NCBI RefSeq assembly: GCF_006345805.1
Contig: NC_043002.1
Span: forward strand, 21,452,001-21,516,000
DNA from: Octopus sinensis
Lineage: Eukaryota
Reading direction: 5' to 3'
Length of the DNA: 64,000 bases
Shown here: in pieces, positions 1 through 10,368 of the stretch
How the letters are laid out: each line of letters starts with the position of its first letter
Numbering within the stretch: the stretch's first letter is position 1
The notes under the pieces: generated by a model
Databases searched by the model: none
What the model was told of the DNA's origin: nothing
Seen by the model: the letters and a program-made list of their open reading frames with translations, nothing else
Program-made: the position numbers and the translations under genes

Positions 1-170
1 TTATGCTGGGGTACCGACTTGAACAAGTTAAACACATCGGTCCCAGGACTTATTTTTTATGCCTAGTACTTATTCTACTGGACTCTTTTGCCGAACTGTT
101 AAGTTACGGGCACGGGAACACACCAACACTGGTTGTCAAGTTGTGGTAAGTGGGGGACAAACACAGACAC
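1..170 (-). mobile_element. SINE-associated 3' module of an abundant family
   Basis: Motif ...tagtacttattctac...ctcttttgccgaactgttaagttacggg... recurs in diverged form at ~4100-4290, 8000-8215, 15625-15820, 17190-17345, 35545-35925 and 36985-37155. Confidence 0.7.
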
Positions 171-206
171 AGAGACACACACACATAAATATAAATATAT
201 ATATGA

Positions 207-360
207 CAGGCTTCTTTCAGTTTCCATTTACCAAATCCACTCACAAGGCTTTGGTCTGCCCAAGTCTATAGCAGAAGACACTTATCCAAGGTGTCATGCC
301 ATGGGACTGAACCTAGAACCATGTGGTTGGGAAGCAAACTTCTTACTACACAGCCGTGCC
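207..360 (-). mobile_element. tRNA-derived SINE, family D (ggcatggctgtgtggtaagaag... head)
   Basis: The minus strand reads ggcacggctgtgtagtaagaagtttgcttcccaaccacatggttctaggttcagtcc (A-box and B-box-like). Homologous copies occur at ~1355, 2785, 15410, 18845, 25390, 35100, 55745 and 56418. Confidence 0.75.
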
Positions 361-639
361 TAGTATATATTTCGTCAGCAACTGTTTCGTTGGTTTGACC
401 TTCTGAGAAGTCACCTGCTGGTTTCACAGTGTTTTTGATTCTGAGAGTGAAATTGTAGTGAGATGTGTGACATGGGTGGGATGAACATCAAAAATCACTT
501 TTGTTTGATTCACTGATTTATTATCAATTTCTTGCTGATGTATATATCTTCTGCTGATATGCATGCATTCATACACGCATAATGGTTACAACTTGATTGG
601 ATTAATGCCATCTTTTGATTGTTCTTCTAAACACGATCA

Positions 640-1030
640 GGAGTGTTTGTGATTTTTCAGTCCTGCTACACTCTTGCGAAGATGTGACAACAATGGGCGT
701 CTCTTGTTGTTAAGCAACAAGACGGGTAAGGGTGACTAGGTGATGGTCTAGGGCTTAGGGGCGGGAGACCCCAGACCTTGGAAAAAAAAACAAAACTTTG
801 GTCGTCTTGTTGTAGTCGAGGGCTCTTCGTTGACACCCAACACCACTGGGAAGTGGCCCTCGAAGTTGCTGGAAATAAAGATCTCCAGGTCCAAATTCTT
901 GAATGGCATGGGCGTCTCTTGCAGCAGGTGTTCAGAGAGTTACTGCCTATGATTATACATACTTTCATTCTATCCTGGAATTTTTCATGGTGTGTTTTGC
1001 CCTTTTCAGCTGCGGCCAGCCATTGACTGC
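640..1030 (-). pseudogene. Possible decayed Penelope-like GIY-YIG 3' fragment
   Basis: GC-richer island. Minus-strand frames give LSEHLLQETPMPFKNLDLEIF and STKSPRLQQDD, weakly resembling the EH...N.EIL...KP.LN end of PLE endonucleases. Frameshifted. Confidence 0.3.
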
Positions 1031-1092
1031 AACATATAATAGAGATATTAGTAGAGATGTTAAAATGAAATGATATCTGTGCCTGAAGCTAT

Positions 1093-1317
1093 TTAACCCT
1101 TTAGCATTGGGTCATATCTGACCCAAATATTCTACCTATTTTTATGTTTCGAACTAGTCAGATCTGGCCATTCATACCTACCCTACAATGTCATTCTAAA
1201 AATAATCAATCCCATCATTGAAATCTTTAAGCTGCGAGATAAGGCATAATTAATTCAAACCAATGTGAATAAATAAGCATTACATTTGACTGAATAATCT
1301 GAATACTATTGGGTTAA
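1093..1317. mobile_element. piggyBac-like MITE
   Basis: Ends are TTAA-CCCTTT (1093) and GGG-TTAA (1311-1317), i.e. TTAA target duplication with CCC/GGG termini. No coding capacity. Confidence 0.7.
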
Positions 1318-2784
1318 AGTGCCTTATCCACATACATATATGCGTATGTATTTGATGGAATTTCATCTACTAAACTCCCCTTAAAATACACTGATCAGCT
1401 CGAAGCTTTAGTTGAAAACTCTTGCCCAAGATGCCACTAAGTGGGATTGAACTTGAAACCTTGTGGTTGTGAAACTAACTTCTTAACTTCATACACATGC
1501 CTGTTTTCATACGTATACATAGCAAGTCATGTCATGTCCAAAGTTCGTTTTAATCGACTACAAACTCAACCTCCTTCCCTGACCACTTCAACTACCACCA
1601 CTACAACCACCACCACCACTGCTGCCACTGCCACCACTACCATTGCCGCCACTGCCACCACCATACAAATATATGGTTCTTTGCCAATGTAAATAGATTT
1701 ATATTACATTATATATTGAATGGTTCATCTTAAACAGAAGTGGAAGAGGGGTGCATGTAATTTTATTGAAGGTAATATAGTTTGGTGTGTGAGAGAGGGC
1801 AAAAGAATATAGTTTAAGATATGTGTGCAATTTGTGTGTGTAATATGTACTAGAGCACCAATATTCTGTGGTTTATGAATAAATAAATATATGAACTGTG
1901 TACTTAGTCTTGGGTATGAAATTAGGCCCAGGATGAACAGATTGGTTGTAAATTAAAAACACTTTTTTTATGTCAGTTTCAACAGTGGGTGTTCCAAATG
2001 GGTCATCTGACTCATTGACTTAGTGTGTCAGTGGCTGAGTATTCCACAGTCTTATGTATTCCTCTAACATAGTTTTAAAAGAGAATCAATATTACAAAGC
2101 AGAACCTTCAAATTTTTAGTTCAGTTTGTCAGACAGGCTTCCAGAAAATTTCCATCTATCCAATTTCACTCACAAGGATATGATAAAAGATACTTGCTTA
2201 AGATGTACCACTGTACAGGATCTTAGGGCTGTGAAGCAAACTTCTTTACCACTGACCCAGGATCATTAGTGTCTATCATTATGTAAACGAGGTGTGGTTG
2301 TCACAAGTTTTGTTTACATTTTAATGAATTGTCTTCTATTACTATCACTGTCAGTGTGTGTGTGTGGGGGGGGGGGAGAAGTAAATGAAGTTGAGGAACT
2401 GGTAAACAGTGATAAAGCCAGTTGGTTTGATTTTCATCCCAAGCTATCAAAAAGGCCTTCATCAGACTAATGTCACAACAGTACTAAATATGTATAGAAA
2501 TAGCAGCCAAAATTATGTTATGAGCAAGGCTGTGAGAAGTTGGTACATAAAACTTACAATTCTGACCAGCTCATCAATATGTGGTACCACTAACCCTAAC
2601 TTTAGCTCCAACTTCACAGTTTGTAATTAGACTAATTACGTATTTCTAATATTGATTAACAGCGCACAATGGACATGGCTTATGTGAATCATTAGGCTTC
2701 ATTTTAGCACCCCAATCTGTTGAAGTTTGGGTTGGCTTTTTTGTAATATTATTTATTAAAGAAGTTACAAACAATTAAGCATAA

Positions 2785-2945
2785 GTGCAGGCATGGCTAT
2801 GTGCTTAAGAAGCTCACTTTTCAATCACATGGCTTTGGGTTCAATCCCACTGTGTGGCATCTTGGGAAAGTGCATGTGTACTATAGCCTGAAGCTGACCA
2901 ATGTCTTGCGAGTGAAATAGGTTGACAGAGACTGTGTAAAAGCCC
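2785..2945 (+). mobile_element. tRNA-derived SINE, family D
   Basis: gcaggcatggctatgtgcttaagaagctcactt...gggttcaatcccactgtgtggcatcttggg, homologous to the 207-360 copy. Confidence 0.7.
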
Positions 2946-2971
2946 TCTACCCCTTATATATTTATATATAT

Positions 2972-3151
2972 AAGATACAGATAAGGAAATAATTTTATTC
3001 TCAAACGCAGGATAATGCTAATAGTATAGCATGAATAGGATAAACTATCCATATTGGCTGCCGACAGATTTTGGATAGTTTATCCTGTCCATGCTATATT
3101 ATTAGCATTATCCTGCATCTGAGAATAAAATTATTTCCTTATCTGTATCTT
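2972..3151. repeat. Long inverted repeat (fold-back), 80-bp arms, 20-nt spacer
   Basis: 2972-3051 versus the reverse complement of 3072-3151 gives 75/80 identity. All 5 differences are transitions. Confidence 0.95.
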
Positions 3152-3317
3152 TCGAACCATCTCAACACTTCTAAAGTAAACTTTATTGACTTTCAACATA
3201 ATTTGAATTATATATATATAATCCAAACATGAAAACACAAAGAGAAAACACAACAACGCGAAGATGTGGAACAAATATAGTATTATTGGAAGCTCAGGAA
3301 GGAAGGGAAGAAAGAAG

Positions 3318-3352
3318 GTTTAGCGTTTCGAGCGGAGCTCTTTGTCAGAAAC
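3318..3352 (-). ncRNA. Degenerate minimal type I hammerhead ribozyme motif (Penelope-type)
   Basis: Minus strand: GUUU CUGACAA A GAGC-UCC-GCUC GAAAC GC U AAAC. Stem I (GUUU/AAAC), stem II and GAAAC are in the correct order. G8>A and U16.1>C deviate from consensus. Confidence 0.55.
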
Positions 3353-3429
3353 ATAGGAAAAGGAAAGATCCAGAGAAGGGATATATATATATGATGGACT
3401 CTCCTGTTTTAGATGACATATGAGGGTCC

Positions 3430-3690
3430 GACAGTTTCTTACTGAACAACCACACAGCTGATTTGTTTATAGTGATCAAATGTTTATGTAGACATAGCTC
3501 ACTCCCTCCAGCAGATTGACATTACCTGTACAGGAGCAATGGGTGCTACTACATGTCAGGTGTAAAAATGATTGCAGGGCAACGTGAAATGAAGTGCTTT
3601 GCTCAAGAACACAATGCATCGCCTAGTCTGAGAATCGAACCCACAATCTCGCAATTGTGAATGCAACACCTTAACCACTAAGCCATGTGC
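3430..3690 (-). mobile_element. tRNA-derived SINE, family C
   Basis: Minus-strand head ggcacatggcttagtggttaaggtgttg...gggttcgattctcagactaggcgatgcattgtgttcttgagc. Copies at ~7110, 20595, 33222, 33855 and 58320. Confidence 0.7.
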
Positions 3691-3724
3691 CCTCACTATA
3701 TGTATATATGTATAATGTGGAAAG

Positions 3725-3770
3725 CTTATACATAGCTATCTATCTATCTACCTACCTACCTGCCTACCTA

Positions 3771-3823
<53 letters not shown>

Positions 3824-4075
3824 GTATATATATATATACACACACATATATATATACACACACATACATACACACATATATATGCACATATATACACACA
3901 CATATATACATACACACATATATATACACACACACATATATATACACACACACACATATATATATACATATAGATATACACACATACACCTATATATATA
4001 TATATATATATACACACACATATATACACACACACGCATATATATATATGTGTGTGTGAGTGTGTGTGGTATGCA
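3725..4075. repeat. Compound (CT)n/(TA)n/(CA)n microsatellite
   Basis: Direct reading. It explains the overlapping I/Y/H/T-rich ORFs. Confidence 0.95.
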
Positions 4076-5129
4076 TTTGTATATATCCCTCTCCTCACTG
4101 TTTCACAGCCAGTAATGGTTTGTTTACATCCCTTTAAATTTCTGATTCAGTAAAAAAGGAGATCAACAGTATAACTACTAGCTTAAAAAATAAGTACAGG
4201 GGACCATTTGTTTTATTTCACCCTTCAAGGCAGTGCCCCAGCATGGCTGCTGTTCAATCACTGAGACATGTAAAAGATAAAAGATAAGACAAAAACCTAC
4301 AAAATTAAAAAAAAAAAAATGAGGTATTTTTTAAAAGAAAGAAACTGTAAACATTCTATGAAAGAAAACCAGGAGTATCTTTGTTTACCATTTCAAAAAT
4401 CTGAAGTACATCAAATTTAGAAGTAAAAAGATTGAATGCCTAAAGCAACTTAACAAATGATCATTTTAAAAGAAATCAACTCAGATAGATACATTAGATT
4501 AAAGCTTGGTTTGAATATAAAATTAAAGTGAATGTAACATGAAAGATTACATTAAATAGAATGGAAAATTGTCTTGTAAAAGACTAAGAAGTTTATCCTG
4601 GTAAATTTTTTTTGTATTTTTATTGTCATCATCATCATCATCATCATTTTTTTTTTTTATGGTTGCAAGCTTGCAGAATTGTTAGCATGATGGAGAAGGT
4701 GCTTTGCAGCATTTTGTCTGTCTTTACACTCAGAGTTCAATTTCGACTTCATGTTTCATCCTTTCAGGATCGATGGAATATGTGGTCCCCTGAATTTCAT
4801 GTCTTGTGTCTATAGGCGAAAGGGTTATTATTAGTAGTAGTATTGTTGTTGTTATTGCTAAGGCATCAATCGGGTACACTCATTAATTAGCATGCCAAAC
4901 AAAATGCCATTAAGTATTTTGTCCTTGCATCCTGAGTTCAAATTCCTTCAAGGTCCATTTTGCATTTCATTCTTTTGGGAGTCAATGAAATAAGGACCAG
5001 TTGAGCACTAGGATCAATGTAATTGATTTACCCACTAACTCCACAATTTCAGGCCTTGTGTCTATTATAAAAAGGATTATTATTATTATTATTGTTATAT
5101 AGACAGTTAGCTAGCAGAATTGCTAGAGT

Positions 5130-5487
5130 GCTGAACTGTGTACTTAGTCTCAAAAGGTCCCTGCATAAGGATTGTTTAAGGATGTTGAACAAACCACCCA
5201 TGTTTCCAAAGGTGAATTATCGAAACCTCTAAGAATTCCTTTCAACACATCGCTATGATGCTCCCCTTCTACTTTTGCTCGTGATCAGAGATGCACATAT
5301 CGTTAGCCACTAAGGGACATGCTCAACTGATAAAGGTCAAACAACTGACAAGCAAATCTGTGGTATTGAACAGAATATTTGCTGTAGCCCATCTTTTATA
5401 CCAAGACAAAACAATGTACATGATAACGATTTCCAATCAGTTAAGATCAGAAGCCATGGGAGCCAATGCCTGGTACTGCATCAGAGC
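5130..5487. mobile_element. Unclassified interspersed repeat
   Basis: GC-richer block ending ...gccaatgcctggtactgcatcagagc next to a (TAT)n tract. It resembles a common octopus repeat from memory; there is no second copy in the window. Confidence 0.35.
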
Positions 5488-5488
5488 A

Positions 5489-5534
<46 letters not shown>

Positions 5535-5578
5535 CTTATCATTATTATTATTATGCTTATTATTATTATTATTATTAT
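5488..5578. repeat. (TAT)n microsatellite
   Basis: Direct reading. Confidence 0.95.
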
Positions 5579-7109
5579 GTTGAACCATTGTATTTAGAAG
5601 TAAGGTAGGGGTTAAATAAAAAAAAATCTGTAACTGAAATTTGCTTGTTCTTTGAAACGTTATAGTTTTTACTAGATTCTCCATAGAACCATTTAAGCTA
5701 ATTCGATTATTTTCAGCTTAGAAAATAGTGAAATTAGTATCTGTGAAATTGGAAATTTTAACGATTACATTGCCAATTTCATTTTAGTTGGAGCTAGTAG
5801 AATTTTACTGGCTCCAACAACCCAATAATTGTTTCTGAATTTAACTCCAAGATTTCAATTCCACACTTCTGGTTATGAGAATATAATTATTGAAAGGCAA
5901 GTGTCTGTCTCTTTCTGGTTGTTTGACCTGCTTGAAAATGCAACCAAATCTCCATTAAATCATACTCTATCTTCTTAAACAAAGAAAAAGCATGTTAGAT
6001 GATGTAGTCCTAAATGTTCCTTGATGGATGAGATGGTCATTGTTGGAATATCTATGATCATCGGTATGCTGTGTTAGGGCTGGCCTGGGGCTAAAAAATA
6101 GCAAATAATTATATATGATGAGCTGAAGGATATCGTTTGAGTTTAGCTCCCTTTAACCCTTAACATCCACAGTTTATTAATTTGTTCTAAATTTCTAATA
6201 TCTGCAATTAATGGGAAGGTTGAGTCAACTAAGGAGGCACTACCGAGTCACACAAACTGCTAGAAATAGTCACTAAATCTCTCTCTCTCTCTCTCTCTGT
6301 GCCTCCCATGCATATTATACATATACATATTTTTCTATCCTGAAAGATAATTGTGTTTATACCAAAAGAAGTCTCAAAACAATACCAAACACATATGCAC
6401 CATCAAAGTAATTTATATAGAATAAAAATGGGTCTTCATGACCTGGCACCTTTCAAAACACTTGCCCTGCTCAGTGAACCCTTAAAATACTTCTTCTGTC
6501 TATCTGTCTACCCCTTTCTTGTTCATTCACTCTTTGCCTCATACTCACAAGCTTCTTTATTCTCTCTCCTTATTTTTCATCAACACAATCTCATTCAGAC
6601 TCCTCTAAACTTACTCTTCTCCTTTCTCTCTCTCTTTCTGTCTTGCCTCTCTCTCTCTCTCTCTAATCTACACACTCCCTCTCTGTTAAATGCACCTTAG
6701 CTTCTTTGTCTCACTGTCTTTGATTCTCTCTAATTTCCTCTCAGTCACCCACTCTCTCTCTTGCTCTATTACTATCAAGTTTTCTTTTACTCTCCCCTCT
6801 GCCTATCTCTTCTTCCCTCGCTATCCTTCACTCGCGCTCTCTCACTCACCTCTGTACCCACCATCCTGTTATAAACTCATAAAAAGACCCGCATAGAAAG
6901 ACACACAGACATTCTCCACCCAATATCCATAAACGCATTAAATGCACTCATTCAGATATTTTGTGCTGTATGCACTAACACACATTCACTGATGCATAAA
7001 GTGTATCCATGTGTTTGTGTGAACATGAATATATGCAGTCCTGTTTGTGCTATGGATTTTGTGTGGATGTGATGTGATGTATATGTGTGTGTGTGTGATG
7101 TGTGTGATG

Positions 7110-7335
7110 GTTTGTGGCTTAGTGGTTAGGGTGTTGCATTCATGATCACAGGATCACAGTTTTAATTTCTGGACCGGATGGTGCGTTTGTGTTCTAGAGC
7201 AGAAAATTTCATTGTATGTTGCTCCAGTCCACTCAGCTGTAAATAAGTAATTCAGTGACAGACTGGCATCCTATTCAAGGAGAATATTGTGATGTTGGTC
7301 ACTTATAAGCCATGGAAACTGAGTAACCAGCCTGT
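7110..7335 (+). mobile_element. tRNA-derived SINE, family C
   Basis: gtggcttagtggttagggtgttgcattcatgatcacaggatc...gttgctccagtccactcagctg. Confidence 0.7.
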
Positions 7336-7489
7336 GAGCCCTGGGTTTTGAGAAAATAATGTTCTGCAGTTGCTGTTTCTGCCCTACATATCTCTCTGTT
7401 ACACTCTAACTTTTCGTCATCTGACACAAGATCATCTTCTCCAATGCCCCCTCCCCTCTCAAAAATTCCTTGTCTTGCAAGTTACTTTG

Positions 7490-7680
7490 TGACCCTACCA
7501 GTGTTGGTGCCATGTAAAAAGCACTCAGTACCCTCTGCTGGGTGGTTGGTGTTAGGAAGGGCATCAAACTGCAAAAACAATGCCAAAACAGATATAGTAG
7601 CCAGGTATAATCTTCTACTTGGCCAGCACCTATCAAACCACCCTACCCATGGAAGGTGGTCATTAAATGATGATGATGAT
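7490..7680 (+). mobile_element. 5'-truncated RTE-type LINE 3' end (family A) with (GAT)n tail
   Basis: catgtaaaaagcac...ggttggtgttaggaagggcatc...aaatgatgatgat. The family identity comes from the 30973-31695 copy. Confidence 0.7.
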
Positions 7681-8214
7681 TGTGTGTGTGTGTGTGTATG
7701 TATGTGTGTGTGTGTGTGTGTGATAATTGAATGATCAAGTGGCTAAGCAGTTTGCTTTGCAATCACAAGAACCTGGGTTTGATCCCACAGTGTAGCATCT
7801 TGGGCAAATGTTATCTAGCAAAGCTTTGGATTGACCAAAACCTTGTGAATGAAATTAGAGAAATGAAAGTTGTGAAAATCTGTTGGTGGATGATCTGTGA
7901 TTGAAATTCAAAGGGTTAATAATGTCACATGCTGTGTAACAATACATCTTCTCAAAGATTTTCTGAAGAGTGTAAATAGATGTTAGGGGAATACCCTGAC
8001 AGTTGTCTTTTATATTTTTAACTCGTTTCAGTCATTGGACTGCTGCCATGCTGGGGCACTGCTTAGGAAGGTTTATTCAAGCAAATTGGTCCCACAACTT
8101 ATTTTGAAAGTCTGGCACTTATTCTATCAGTTTATTTTGCCAAACTGCTAAGTTACATAGGTGTCAAGAAACCATCTTTGGTTGTCAGGTAGTGGTGGGG
8201 GACAAGTACAAAGA

Positions 8215-8430
8215 TACAGAAACACACACACATATTTACACACACACATGCACATACTTACACACACACACATGCACATACTTACACACACACATGCACA
8301 TACTTACACACACATGCACATACTTACACACACACACATGCACATACTTACACACACATGCACATACTTACACATGCACATACTTACACACACACACGCA
8401 CACACATACATACATGCACATACATACTCT
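8215..8430. repeat. CA-derived minisatellite (catgcacatactta(ca)n, ~20-24 bp units)
   Basis: About 7-8 tandem catgcacatacttacaca units. Confidence 0.9.
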
Positions 8431-9469
8431 CTCATATGTACACTCATACATAATAGGCTCCCACACTGTTCCATCTACCAAATTCACTCACAGGTTGGCC
8501 TGGGGTTGTAGTAGGAGACACCTATCCAAGGTGCCATACTGTGGGTCTGAACCAAAAGCTAAATCATTGTAAAGCATGCTTCTTATTAGTAATTCTCAGA
8601 ATAGGCAGTTCTGTTCATTGGAAAACTGCAATACTCAGTTTTGAAACTGATGGAGGATCCATTTACTCAGTATATGCATGTGTGTGAGATTGCATTTTAT
8701 GCTCCATGTTTACATGGTTTAGACCAATTCTTATTGTTGAATTAATGTTTTCACATCTCAATGTACTCCTTGGTGCTAATCTTTTTTAAGTGAGGAAGTT
8801 TTTAATTTCACTTATCTTCAAAAATTGTGATTTCTTCACTGGATGGTCTGGAATTGGCAACAGAGAACACCAGCCATACCTCAATGATTATTTTTCATGA
8901 AAATTACTGAATGTAGTTTCACACATGCGCATGCACACACACATACACACACGTATATGTCTGTGTATCTGTCTATTTATGTGTGTGTGAGTGTTTCCAT
9001 GAACTTTGTACAGCTTCCATCTGCTAGATTCACTCAGAAGGCATACATACATACATACATGTGCATGTTTGTGTGCATGCATGCTGAGTTCATTTTGCAG
9101 TTAATATTCACAGTTTTTATGCTTATAAAAACATCCTTGTCCAAAAGGACAGAATCAGAATGAACAAAGGAGCCATGAAATAGTGAGAAAACATCATAAA
9201 AAGTTATGGAAATGGAAACTGCTGTGTATATTAAAGGAATAATTTACAAAAAAATATTATAGAAACTGCACATTTATGGTATAATGACAAATTTCAATGT
9301 GTAATGCTTATTGACATAGCTTCCATAAATGAACTAACCTATAAATTCAGGAAAGCATTAAGCAAAATAAAACTTCACATTACAGTATTTGAAAAGCTAA
9401 GTGGGTCCATTAAATTACAGATAATTAAGATATATCTTTTCCATAAAAGCCATGTATGCCAATAGCAAT

Positions 9470-9799
9470 TGCATAATATGCAAAATGAATCCAAAGATAA
9501 ACTGTAAAACCAGAAATGTTATGCACCCTATGAAATGTATGGAAGGCAAATGCAGGAACACTACCTCAACTCATATGGGAGAAGCTGCCCATAGCATAGC
9601 AGAAAGAATAAATGAATACTAGTGTGAGTATAGAGAAAAGAAACCAACAATGGTACTCTTCTAACATGCAAATGTGAAAATTAACAGCTTGGAATACAGC
9701 AGTGAAGTAAAAATTCTATCAATGCATTCACATGATCACACATTTTGGAAAATACAGGAAACAATACACATATGAGAGACGGTGAATGTACTTAACAGA
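9470..9799 (+). pseudogene. Decayed Penelope-like GIY-YIG endonuclease domain
   Basis: Single frame: CIICKMNPKINCKTRNVMHPMKCMEGKCRNTTSTHMGEAAHSIAERINEY*...VKILSM...WKIQETIHI*ETVNVLNR. This matches the PLE pattern C.T.NVVY...C..C...YIGET.R...R..EH...IL...E.I.I...LN, with 3 in-frame stops. Confidence 0.8.
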
Positions 9800-9955
9800 A
9801 TGTATGTCAAAACTAACAACCACCACAATATTAGTATACTCCCACACTCACACGTGCATACTTACACACATATATATATATATTGGATCCTACTAATAAT
9901 GGTATAGTGCGCTATACACACACATGCATATGTATGTATAAATGAAAATATATAT

Positions 9956-10056
9956 TCTTTTACTGATGAAGTGTGACCTATGGTAGACTAGCTTAATTTA
10001 ATTTAATTAGGCTGGTCTATCATTAAAGACACTGAAACGATGCATCGTATAAAAGA
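9956..10056 (+). ncRNA. Intact type I hammerhead ribozyme with extended stem II
   Basis: Stem I TCTTTTA (9956-62) pairs with TAAAAGA (10050-56). Core CUGAUGA is at 9963-69. Stem II is AGTGT/ACACT plus a 19-bp distal hairpin. GAAAC is at 10034-38, stem III lies in the palindrome ACGATGCATCGT, and the GUA cleavage triplet is at 10047-49. Confidence 0.9.
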
Positions 10057-10187
10057 TGAATTAGGGTAAATGTTTTTAAATTTTCACCTTATTTCCGAAT
10101 TACACTACTTGGCGGTTGGAGTTCTGGCTGCTCTTTCTGGTGGACGAATGGCCTGTTTAGGCCATTCCTAAATTGTTATATATATAC

Positions 10188-10245
<58 letters not shown>

Positions 10246-10368
10246 CAAAATGAATATGTTGTATTGTCTTTTTGATTTTTATTGTGAACCATATATATGC
10301 ATAAATATACATGTGTATATTTATTTATATATACACACACATATATGTAAATACATGTTTATGTATAT

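Noticed and set aside
365-430. GAAAC-AGUU-GCU with a small hairpin on the minus strand
   Set aside because: No valid core or stem I/II pairing could be built, so it is too degraded to call.
2400-2475. CUGAUGA on the minus strand (2459-2465); similar isolated cores at 18836, 23988, 28787 and 60946
   Set aside because: There is no adjoining stem II-GAAA-stem III-UH-stem I. The 28787 copy is inside a Mariner TIR.
3687-4115. Long ORFs rich in I/Y/H/T/C/V/M (also 24213-25182, 49031-49629, 50755-51213 and similar)
   Set aside because: They are translations of dinucleotide microsatellites that lack stop codons.
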